Shown in pieces: positions 11,834-20,598 of a stretch of 64,000 nucleotides of DNA; positions within the stretch are counted from its first letter, which is position 1; the number at the start of each line of letters is the position of its first letter. The DNA comes from Trypanosoma brucei. Taxonomy: Eukaryota. Both the position numbers and the translations under genes were made by a program. Below the pieces are notes generated by a model, which worked only from the letters and a program-made list of their open reading frames with translations, had not been told where the DNA came from and made no database searches. The DNA is taken from the NCBI GenBank assembly GCA_000002445.1, contig CP000068.1, positions 416,001 through 480,000 of the forward strand, given 5' to 3'.

Positions 11834-12949
11834 ATGATGCGCCGCGTACTCCTCCGCTGCCCGCGGCCCCGGCGCAACAGTCCGTTAGCTTTCCAAAGCA
11901 CCTCGAGCCCTGTTACAAAGTGTCCCTTATCACCTAAGCTGCAAAGGCCGCTTCAAACGCCAACGGTTGTGGGTGAATCACGCGGTTGCCCAATGATTGG
12001 GACGGCTCCACACCTCAGTTGCCCTATCGAGAAGGAGCAACTTGGCCAATCAGTACAAGTTAGAGATGTCGTAACACAGTTGGGCAAGCTGAAGCTTTCA
12101 GCCTTTGTGACGGCCACGGCATTGGGTGGTTACGTGATTTGTGGCGGTACCAGCCCGTTGGTAATGGTTGCGGTAACGGTCGGTACGCTTCTACAGTGCT
12201 GTTCTGCCAATACAGCCAATCAGATTATTGAGGTGGAATATGACAGGATGATGAAACGAACCTGCCGACGGCCCCTTCCAATGGGGCTCATATCACGCAG
12301 AAGTGCTACCATTTTGTGTGCCGTGGAGTTACTCTCCGGCTCCTGTATTTTAGGTTCCGTCAGCCCAGCGGCCTCTGCGCTCGGGGCCTTCAACTGGCTG
12401 CTGTACGTGGCCGCGTACACCCCACTGAAGCGCGTGTCCGCCATCAATACGTGGGTGGGTTCCATCGTTGGCGGTATTCCGCCGCTAATGGGAGGAATTG
12501 CAGCCACCGGCACCATAACGGGCCCCGCTTATCTGCTGGGTTCGTTGCTGCTCGTCTGGCAAATACCACATTTTATGGGACTTAGTTTTCATTGCCGTCG
12601 TGACTACGAGGCTGCTGGGTACAAAATGCTGGCGTTTTATAACCCGTGGAGGGCTTCTTTCTACGCTGTATTGTTGTCTGTTATGATGGCTTTCATAACT
12701 CTTGCCGGCCCCGCACTTATCAACATGGCAGCTGAGGGTTGGTACTACCCGGTGGTGGCTGCTGCGAATGCCGTTATGATTTACAAGGCACTGTTATTTC
12801 ATTCGGACCCAAAGCGGCACTGCAGGGGTTGTTTTGTGTTTTCCTACATGTACCTCTCCGTCGTACTCGCCGTGCTGATGCTGAATCATTTGGAACCTGT
12901 GAAGCGGACGACGACCCTGTTTCAGCACTTCACTGCTGTTGCATTATAG
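11834..12949 (+). CDS. COX10: Protoheme IX farnesyltransferase (heme O synthase, UbiA prenyltransferase family)
   Basis: It shows the UbiA/COX10 signature NQIIEVEYDRMMKRTCRRPLP (N-x3-D-x2-D-x-M-x-RT-x2-RPL). It also has a second Asp-rich/YxxxK region and multiple TM helices, and an N-terminal mitochondrial-presequence-like region. Confidence 0.8.
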   Translation: MMRRVLLRCPRPRRNSPLAFQSTSSPVTKCPLSPKLQRPLQTPTVVGESRGCPMIGTAPHLSCPIEKEQLGQSVQVRDVVTQLGKLKLSAFVTATALGGYVICGGTSPLVMVAVTVGTLLQCCSANTANQIIEVEYDRMMKRTCRRPLPMGLISRRSATILCAVELLSGSCILGSVSPAASALGAFNWLLYVAAYTPLKRVSAINTWVGSIVGGIPPLMGGIAATGTITGPAYLLGSLLLVWQIPHFMGLSFHCRRDYEAAGYKMLAFYNPWRASFYAVLLSVMMAFITLAGPALINMAAEGWYYPVVAAANAVMIYKALLFHSDPKRHCRGCFVFSYMYLSVVLAVLMLNHLEPVKRTTTLFQHFTAVAL

Positions 12950-14323
12950 GGCTCCGGTGCCTTACCTCTCCCAAAGCGTAGTTTGCCTTCACGGCTCGGT
13001 AGTGGAGTTAGAGAAAGTTGGGGAATAGTGGCAGATAATATAGGAAGGAAATGGTGTGGCGAGACCGGCGGAAACGGGGGAACAAAAGTTTCCAAGTTTC
13101 GCTGTGAGAATGTCAATGAAGCGTACATGTATGTGTATGTGTATGTGTGTAAACATTACAATCAAGTTTTGGTTGTTATGTACGTTTAACCTCGCGGGGT
13201 GTCGTTGAGGTGGGGGATGGAATAGGAACACCAGCAATAATCAAAGGGCACAAAGGTAACGAGGGGAAAGGTTGAATAAGAAGATGCTGTTAGGTTGGGT
13301 TGCATGAATTGGAAGTTTTGCCTTTCCATAATCCCTTTTTCCTTCTTGAGCTTGCATAAGAGTGTGCGGGTATAATGAGTTCCGAGGATTTGAGGAGGAA
13401 GGGGTATGGGAAAGGAGTGTAGTGTAGTGTAGTGTCGTATTACTAATCACGACCATTATTTTTTCTGTTTTTCCTCACATTTCGAACTTTTAGACCCTTT
13501 TACCTTCTCCTCATTACCGTTTTCGCTAATGTTCCCGATTTCCCACACTTTGTTTTATTCCATTGGGTTGTCTGTAGGCTGTCTGAAACATCTCCCCCCT
13601 CACCGCCCCTTCAAAGAGAATGCGTGTATGGAGAAGGAGTGGAAGCAGAAGGGGTTGTGATTATTTTTATCTTCTTGGTTTCTGTTTACATTTTGTGTTA
13701 TTTTCCCATATAACCCCAATGCACCTTTTACCCGAGGCAGCTGACGGGGAATCGTTCCGTCGTCGTCGTTGTAATGCCGGCAGCGGAGGGTGTCATTTGG
13801 CTTCCTGCGTGTCATGCGGGCTGTGATGGTGGAGGGGGAAGAAAAAACGAAACAAGGGATATGGGCTTGGAGGGTGTGTGTGTGTGTGGGGGGGATATCG
13901 TCGAACTTAGCTCCCGTGCCTCGTCTTTGTACCTTTGCACTTTTACCATTTCGGCCCTTTCTCTATTTATTTTTCTGCTTAGGCTCCGCAACCCGTCTAT
14001 TTAACCCTGTTTTCTGTGTGGAAAAAAAAAGAAATACAAGCGCCGGAGCGCGTATTCGTGCACACGTACTTGCATATATGTATATCTATATTTGTGTATA
14101 CGTTGAGGGTGAACTCATCAATGTGTTACAATTTTTTCTTTTCTATTGCCCTCTTTTTTCTTTATTTGTGCGTTTCCACCCTACTAGTCGGTTCAATCCG
14201 AACCCGCACGCCTCTTTTTCCCCTTCTATCATTTATCATTACATCACTGCTTCGCACTTTTATAACCGTCGTTGTTGGTTTGCTTATTTGCTGCTTGTGT
14301 CGCTGATCCGTTACGTGCTTGAG

Positions 14324-16777
14324 ATGCCGAATTCGGCACCGATGAAAACAATACCGCCGAAGTCGCGTGTTCCCCCCGATTGGATTCACCCGGCGCTGCA
14401 TCGCCAGTGGCAGAGACGTGATAAATTGAGGACTCCACACGAATTGCGACTTGAGGAATTAGATGTTCAACGAACGGAGATGGAGGAAGCGAGCCGCCGC
14501 ATTATGAGCATTGTCTCAGAGAAGAAGAGCGCACTTGAGAAGTTGGATCGTCAACGAGAGAAGGCAAAGGCAGATATCGATCTCGATGAGGCGGCGGCAG
14601 GTGAGATAACTGGTGTTCTTGATCGACTAACCAGTCAGATTACTGTCCATAAGACGTTGCCGCGGTGCGATGCACGACTTTTAGACACCAGCGACAGCGA
14701 GAATTTTGCGTCGGGTACTGCGCATTGTGTCCTGAGTGTGGAATGCGGTAGCACATGGGGGGCTGTGGCGTCATGTTTCCCCTGCGACAATGAAATAAAG
14801 CGTTCTTTCTTTTCTCAGTACGCACCTCTCTTCAATGTCACATCTGACGACTCATCGGCAGCACAGAAGGTGGGAGGAGCCGCTTTCTTTGACGAAGGTT
14901 GCCTCCTGTCTGTAGACCAGGTCAGTTGCTTTAACCCGGCATGTCCCTACTGGCACAAAGAACAACTAACGCATTTGAAGCTTACCGCTCGAAAACTTGT
15001 TTCTCGCGCTGCCAATTTTATCCGTGGGAATCGCAACAACTGTGATGTTGCAGCCTTGTTTCACCGTTTTCGTATGTCCATGGAGGCGTCAACCGCTCTG
15101 CACGATGCTGTAAGGATTGAGAGGGATATGATGAACTGCATTGCGACGCTGGGTTGGGCGGCGATATTCTTGCAGAAGGACGAAGTGGCGGAAAACAAAC
15201 AAGGGAGGTATCGACCGCCACCAAGCCGTATCACGTGGGATGCGCCGATTCAGTCAAAACCACACATGCCTCTGATGCAAAAATTGTATTCACTACTGCG
15301 CAACCCTCAAGAATGTAGCGCCTGGGAGTCCTTGATCGGCTCATCACCATCCACTCTCATAGCCGACGCTGTGTCACTTTTCCAGCGTCACGTGGATGTG
15401 CTTTCGTGGCGTTGCCTCATGCGAGTTGCTGGCGATACGCCGGAGCGCCTGTTGTGGCTGGCGTCACGAGGGATTGAAATCTTTCCAACATCTCCGTCCA
15501 TACGCCTTTCGCACCTTTACGCCCTTCTGCACTCTGGCAACACTGCATCAGAGTGTGTGGATGTATGCTTGGAGTCGGTGCGGATTCTCTCTGTGCAAGC
15601 CTCAAAATGCACATTATCCTCGTCCGGTAAGGTAGAGTGGAGTGAAAGTGTGGCGCGGTATATCGCTTACATGATTGCGATGACATGTGTGCGCGTTGCC
15701 CCAATGGACGCCCAGGCGGCAATGCGGTTGCTTACCTACGCAGTGAAGGTTCCTGGTAGGGTGTGCCTCCTTCCGCTAGCCCAGCAGAATTTAACCCTTA
15801 TGTTGATTGCTATTTGCCAGACTGGAAAACTGGAGGGAATGAATGACCTCCCGCTGGCATCCATCTCAGATGTGACATTTGCACTTAGTGAGCACTTCCC
15901 TGGTAGGCCGCAGGATGCATGTGCAGGGCTATTATCACGGCAGTTGAACATGAACGCCGGATGCGCAGCTGCTGGCATAGACGCGGAGCTAATGGATCGC
16001 ATGCAATCTGCTGTTCATCTCTCGCTGATGCGCGCCTTCTCTTCAAATGCCGTACTTGTGGAGAGAATACTGACAAAAGTAAAGATGGGCTCCGTGACTG
16101 CCATGGCGGAGTTATGGTGCGACTACCTTCGCGTTGTACGCCAACACGATGGCACAGAGGCTCTTGTTTCTCTAATTCGCCCGTTACTTGAGGAGTGCGA
16201 GTCCCCACTGCTCATTTTGCACTTTGTGAAAATCCTAGACTTCAACGCAGAAGATACAACGGCTGTAGCGAGATCTGCTGTTCAACGCTTTGCTGAGGAG
16301 AACGGTATCGCAGTGGAAAACATTGCCTCTTTGGCATCCAGTGAAACCGTCACTTTTCCCGTTAGCGATTGGGTTCCCTTTATTTTATTGCATGCTAGAA
16401 GCTTGGCTCCCCAGCAGCGTGTGGAGCTGATCTTTAGTATCCCCCCTGTATTATATTGTGAGGTACCCGAGTTGGTGTTTTTGTTGTGGTTTGAGATCAT
16501 TCCGCCTACCCTGCTACTTAAGGATGACGAACTCTTCCGACGGTGTGCGGAGTATGGATTAGTGTTGCTGCGGGAGCCGTTCCTGAATCACTTTAGCCCA
16601 ATAGATTGCAACTTTGACGAAATGATTGCGATTCCCCACATAGCTAGTCTAGCACTATACCGTGCCGTGCCTGTACTGTTGGGGGCGGCTCATCATCTCA
16701 CTGCACACTATCGAAAGATCGTGTTGGATGTTAGTACTGAGTTGCACGTGATACATCCGTATCTATACGCAACGTAG
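14324..16777 (+). CDS. Hypothetical protein (~817 aa) with one candidate CCCH-type zinc finger (C-x8-C-x4-C-x3-H)
   Basis: The track ORF 13790..16777 begins at a GTG. Its first ~178 codons run through a pyrimidine-rich low-complexity tract typical of a trans-splice acceptor region. The first convincing in-frame ATG is at 14324 (MPNSAPMKT). The motif CLLSVDQVSCFNPACPYWH lies at ~14889-14955. Confidence 0.5.
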   Translation: MPNSAPMKTIPPKSRVPPDWIHPALHRQWQRRDKLRTPHELRLEELDVQRTEMEEASRRIMSIVSEKKSALEKLDRQREKAKADIDLDEAAAGEITGVLDRLTSQITVHKTLPRCDARLLDTSDSENFASGTAHCVLSVECGSTWGAVASCFPCDNEIKRSFFSQYAPLFNVTSDDSSAAQKVGGAAFFDEGCLLSVDQVSCFNPACPYWHKEQLTHLKLTARKLVSRAANFIRGNRNNCDVAALFHRFRMSMEASTALHDAVRIERDMMNCIATLGWAAIFLQKDEVAENKQGRYRPPPSRITWDAPIQSKPHMPLMQKLYSLLRNPQECSAWESLIGSSPSTLIADAVSLFQRHVDVLSWRCLMRVAGDTPERLLWLASRGIEIFPTSPSIRLSHLYALLHSGNTASECVDVCLESVRILSVQASKCTLSSSGKVEWSESVARYIAYMIAMTCVRVAPMDAQAAMRLLTYAVKVPGRVCLLPLAQQNLTLMLIAICQTGKLEGMNDLPLASISDVTFALSEHFPGRPQDACAGLLSRQLNMNAGCAAAGIDAELMDRMQSAVHLSLMRAFSSNAVLVERILTKVKMGSVTAMAELWCDYLRVVRQHDGTEALVSLIRPLLEECESPLLILHFVKILDFNAEDTTAVARSAVQRFAEENGIAVENIASLASSETVTFPVSDWVPFILLHARSLAPQQRVELIFSIPPVLYCEVPELVFLLWFEIIPPTLLLKDDELFRRCAEYGLVLLREPFLNHFSPIDCNFDEMIAIPHIASLALYRAVPVLLGAAHHLTAHYRKIVLDVSTELHVIHPYLYAT

Positions 16778-17301
16778 TGTGGAAAAGAAAAGATATATAT
16801 ATATATATATATATGTATTTGTATGAAGGAAGGTGAGAATGCGCATGAGAAGGTTTCGTTATCACGAGGTGACTCACTTAACTTCGACAGATATGACTGC
16901 ACTTGCGGCAAGGGTCGAAACCCAGCACACTCTAAACACATAATCACGCTGACGACCCTTAACATGTTTTTAATGTTTGTTTGTGTTGTCCCGCGGGCTG
17001 GATGCTAATAATGCGAGCCGGGGTGGGTGGATGGGGTGAGTCTTATTCGTTCTGTTTACCACTAGTCCACTGATTTTGGGCGCTTTCCTTCCTTGTTTGT
17101 GTTTGTTTATTTTATTTTTTCACTATTCATTTTAGTTCTTTTTTTGTTTTGTTTCATAGCGGCTTTCAAAGCAGCGCACCCTTCCCTTTAGGTGAGTTGT
17201 GTTTACCTTCTCAATCTGTTACGAAGGGGTTTGCTTTAGGTATTTGGTTACCTTTACTTCGCTGAAAAAGGAGTAAGTGGGGATTGTCTGCTGCAGGTGC
17301 T

Positions 17302-20259
17302 ATGCCTCTTCAACCATCGTACTTAATGCGGCCTCCCAAGGCATGTTCCGTGTATCCGACGTGTGTTTTTATATTTTGGGAGGCCCCGCGTGCCGTCACT
17401 CAAGTGGACGAGGTGGAAAATATCACCGGGCAGCTGAGGCCCTCACTAGTGCAGTGGTCATATGTTGTTGAGTGGACGACAAATAATAGCCCCAAAACAG
17501 AAGTAGCAGAGATGTTCACGGCGTCATCCCATGCAGTGCTTGAGCTGCTGTATCCTCAGGAAACCCTGCAAGTGCGCATTGTTGCCCGTGGAAGTTGTGA
17601 TGGGAGCGAAATTACACGTGTCTCAACGAGCTGCACAGTGGAACCCGGATTAGCAGTCGCATTGCCTTGGCTTCACCCTCGATCCATGCGCTGCTTATGC
17701 ATATTTGATGCGCTTTTCTTTTCATATAGTGGCATTCATTGCGTTGACGCTATTCCCTCTTCGTGGAAGCACGTCCGCGCCAAGATGGAATCTGTTCGTT
17801 TATTGGAGTCTAGATTTTCGTGTGCGATCGTCAAGGCTGTTTACGAGGAGCCACCGTATCCAATTACCTCCACCACAGTATATTATTTTGTAATGTGCCC
17901 TAAGGCATTGGTGAATCCGCGAGACAAGCTCCGTCACTGTGATATCAAATATCTGTTAGAGAGGGATCAAGAGCAGAAGCCATGTGCTGTCTTTTGTGGT
18001 ATTGGTGAGACGGGTTCCTCTGCTGCTTTAGCGGCCCATCTGTTCATAAGTGCCATACCCCCGTCGTCAAATGAGTTATGCTCCCGTGTATTCTGCATTG
18101 CATATGGCTCACCGAGGCGGTTGCTTGTCGAGGATTACCTCGTTCTTGCGTCCAGTCCCCCGTTTGCAGGAAATTTCCTTCACTATACGGCGTTACTGGC
18201 ACCCAAAGACCCTTTGTTTGAGTTCACCGGTGATGTTCTTAACAGTGACGCTCCCGTGGGTGTTAGTGGAGCAGCAGCCGGAGGTGGCAGTCCGAAGGAA
18301 GTTCATGCGGTGCAACATTTTAACATGCCACTTGGTGTGCGGTGCGGTCCAGTTTTTGACGGAACGTCTGGCAATGTCCATCTTGAGGCGAGGTGTTCAG
18401 GCGTGGAAACGTTAGGTAGGGAGGAGTGCAATGAGCTCCTTGATGTTTCGACCCACCTCAGTATGTTAAACCAACTCATACTTCAGTGTTACCATAGTGG
18501 CGACACTGGTGATATACTTGTACCGATGATAAATAATGTGCAGCACGCAATGGAAGATGGTGTCACTGTATTTTTGACTATCGAGGGTGAGAGCTTGCAT
18601 TTCGGGCCAAGGGTAATATGTACCTCGTCACGGAACCAAGCAATGGCGGCAGTATCTGTCACTGCAGTGACTCCAACACGGCTCACTGCCACATTTTCAC
18701 TCATGGATATGCTCACCACCAAGTTTTTTGCACGCCATCGCCGTCCACCACAATCCTTACTTGTGGAAATCTCACTCTTCACCGACCACGGCTACGTTTC
18801 GTTCAACGAATATCGAATTGTCATAGCTGAGGACATTTCGCTACTTCTTTTCCATAGTAGTCACAGCGATGGGCCCCATCAATGGATTTTCGGCCCACCT
18901 GGTGATCTTGTCGACGGTGCTATTTCTGTTGAACCGCTTCTGACATCATTGGTTGCAGGAGGACCGAACACGTCAACTTTTGTGCCTTTCCAATCAACGT
19001 CTCTATTGTCTGACATCGCTGCGGTTTCGGAGTTGGTGGGGAAACATGCCGTTAAGAAACCGGAGACGGGCCTCTATAACTTTATCTTCCGCGGTGCCGC
19101 ACAATCAACGAAGCCGATTTCCATCGGTTCCATCCCCATGCATGAGGCAGTGCTGCTGAAAGATGCACTGAAGCGCCATGCGGCAAGTGAGACAAGAGAC
19201 CCAAACGCACTGCGCTCTGAGCTTGACCCGTGGAAACGGCGTCTGTTAGCTCGGCTCCCGTCCCTGGATAGTGGGAATTATAGAGAGAAGCTGCTGTCGC
19301 TTCTGCTCATGCTTGGGGGGCCGAAACCTGCCGCTGATACAACCGCAGTTGCGTTGGAAACCTTGCTTCTTTCAAAGGTGCTGCACAATTTACGACGTTC
19401 CCAAAATGCGATTCACCTGAACTACACGAACAGCCTTAGTACCTGCATGGGCTTCGATGTGTTTTACGAGCGCATGCTTCCTCTCGCCCTGGCTTGGGTT
19501 AAACACTCTGAAGAGGCAGAACTGGAAGCCCTTCACAATATCGCGACACTCTGGATTGCGTGCCTTCTGTACCACCTGCGAGGTGCTTATTTGTTTACCC
19601 ACGCGGTGGTTGTCGCTGGTTGTGCCGGGAGCGGCTGTAACACGTTGTGTCACGCTATCGTTCGTGAGAGAGCAGCACGGCAACACCACTTTGTGGGGAC
19701 ACAGCGGGAACGAGTTATCGTCGTCCGCCGGGCGAAGCTGGGGTCGTTGGCTGACGTGAAGGAGGCCCTTGCTCGGGGATTGGGGATCACAGCAATTGTG
19801 TGTGGTGAGTTGTCGGACGTGGCGGGGAAGGAGTTTTTTGATCTGTGGTGTTCTCTGCGCCGCATGCTGTGTCGTCGTATGGCCCAGCGGCTATTTGCCT
19901 TTCTATCTAAAGTGGATGAGCTGTTGGGACGAAATCAGTTGATTAAACCCCTCGAGGAAGCCTGCATCGGTGCTGAGGGGGGTGCCGTTGCTTTCCAAAG
20001 CCTTCAAAGGCAGGCAGCTTTGGCTGCGCGTACTGAGTGGGATGTTGGATCGGAAAAGAGGGGCGAAGACGCGTCACTGGCCGGTTTCGTGGCCGTTTCA
20101 TTTGCTCCTTCCGTTCTGCTCCTTCGGAACTCCCCTTTCGTGCATTCCAGTGGCATGTCCGCGGAAGAGTTTGCTCAGAAGCTCATGTCGATTTCCTCGT
20201 ACCAGCTCCGGAGGGTTCTTGCGGGGATTGTCGAGGGGGAGTTTGTTAACGCCCGATGA
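17302..20259 (+). CDS. Hypothetical protein (~985 aa); contains a degenerate P-loop-like motif GCAGSGCNTL
   Basis: The track ORF starts at TTG 17284; the first in-frame ATG is at 17302. It is a long ORF with coding composition. The Walker-A-like motif has Lys->Cys and Thr->Asn substitutions at ~19601-19660. Confidence 0.5.
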   Translation: MPLQPSYLMRPPKACSVYPTCVFIFWEAPRAVTQVDEVENITGQLRPSLVQWSYVVEWTTNNSPKTEVAEMFTASSHAVLELLYPQETLQVRIVARGSCDGSEITRVSTSCTVEPGLAVALPWLHPRSMRCLCIFDALFFSYSGIHCVDAIPSSWKHVRAKMESVRLLESRFSCAIVKAVYEEPPYPITSTTVYYFVMCPKALVNPRDKLRHCDIKYLLERDQEQKPCAVFCGIGETGSSAALAAHLFISAIPPSSNELCSRVFCIAYGSPRRLLVEDYLVLASSPPFAGNFLHYTALLAPKDPLFEFTGDVLNSDAPVGVSGAAAGGGSPKEVHAVQHFNMPLGVRCGPVFDGTSGNVHLEARCSGVETLGREECNELLDVSTHLSMLNQLILQCYHSGDTGDILVPMINNVQHAMEDGVTVFLTIEGESLHFGPRVICTSSRNQAMAAVSVTAVTPTRLTATFSLMDMLTTKFFARHRRPPQSLLVEISLFTDHGYVSFNEYRIVIAEDISLLLFHSSHSDGPHQWIFGPPGDLVDGAISVEPLLTSLVAGGPNTSTFVPFQSTSLLSDIAAVSELVGKHAVKKPETGLYNFIFRGAAQSTKPISIGSIPMHEAVLLKDALKRHAASETRDPNALRSELDPWKRRLLARLPSLDSGNYREKLLSLLLMLGGPKPAADTTAVALETLLLSKVLHNLRRSQNAIHLNYTNSLSTCMGFDVFYERMLPLALAWVKHSEEAELEALHNIATLWIACLLYHLRGAYLFTHAVVVAGCAGSGCNTLCHAIVRERAARQHHFVGTQRERVIVVRRAKLGSLADVKEALARGLGITAIVCGELSDVAGKEFFDLWCSLRRMLCRRMAQRLFAFLSKVDELLGRNQLIKPLEEACIGAEGGAVAFQSLQRQAALAARTEWDVGSEKRGEDASLAGFVAVSFAPSVLLLRNSPFVHSSGMSAEEFAQKLMSISSYQLRRVLAGIVEGEFVNAR

Positions 20260-20598
20260 CGTTTTTACATCTTCCTATGACTATCGTTCTTATTCCCTAG
20301 CTATTCACCTGTTATCTGGACATATATATATATATATATATGTGCATACGCGCGTGTGTTTGCATGCTTCAAGGTGTTCTCAGTTGATCCCTGTTGCCAC
20401 CCTACGTTAGGTGGTGGTGACACTGTGACCGTCATTTGGTTTCTACTTATCCTCGTCGACTCTCTCCCTCCTCTTTTTCATCACGCTTTTATTTTTCTTG
20501 CCCCTAATTTCTTTAACATTACTTGCGCTGCTTGCAATCACCCCTTGTCGCCATTGCCTTTTTTTTTTCGTTTCTTCCTCGAGGAAGGTGGTGAACAA

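Noticed and set aside
14170-14200. Possible tRNA T-arm-like element gtcggttcaatccgaac
   Set aside because: Its loop is 6 nt with an imperfect stem, and no cloverleaf can be built from neighbouring sequence. It lies in a pyrimidine-rich upstream region.
13790-14323. 5' extension of the 995-aa ORF (and analogous extensions at 20356-20598, 26750-26803, 17284-17301, 4899-4919, 60848-60931)
   Set aside because: The track ORFs start at GTG/TTG codons. Where checked, the leading codons translate pyrimidine-rich low-complexity DNA typical of trans-splicing acceptor regions. The first in-frame ATG downstream gives a sensible N-terminus.
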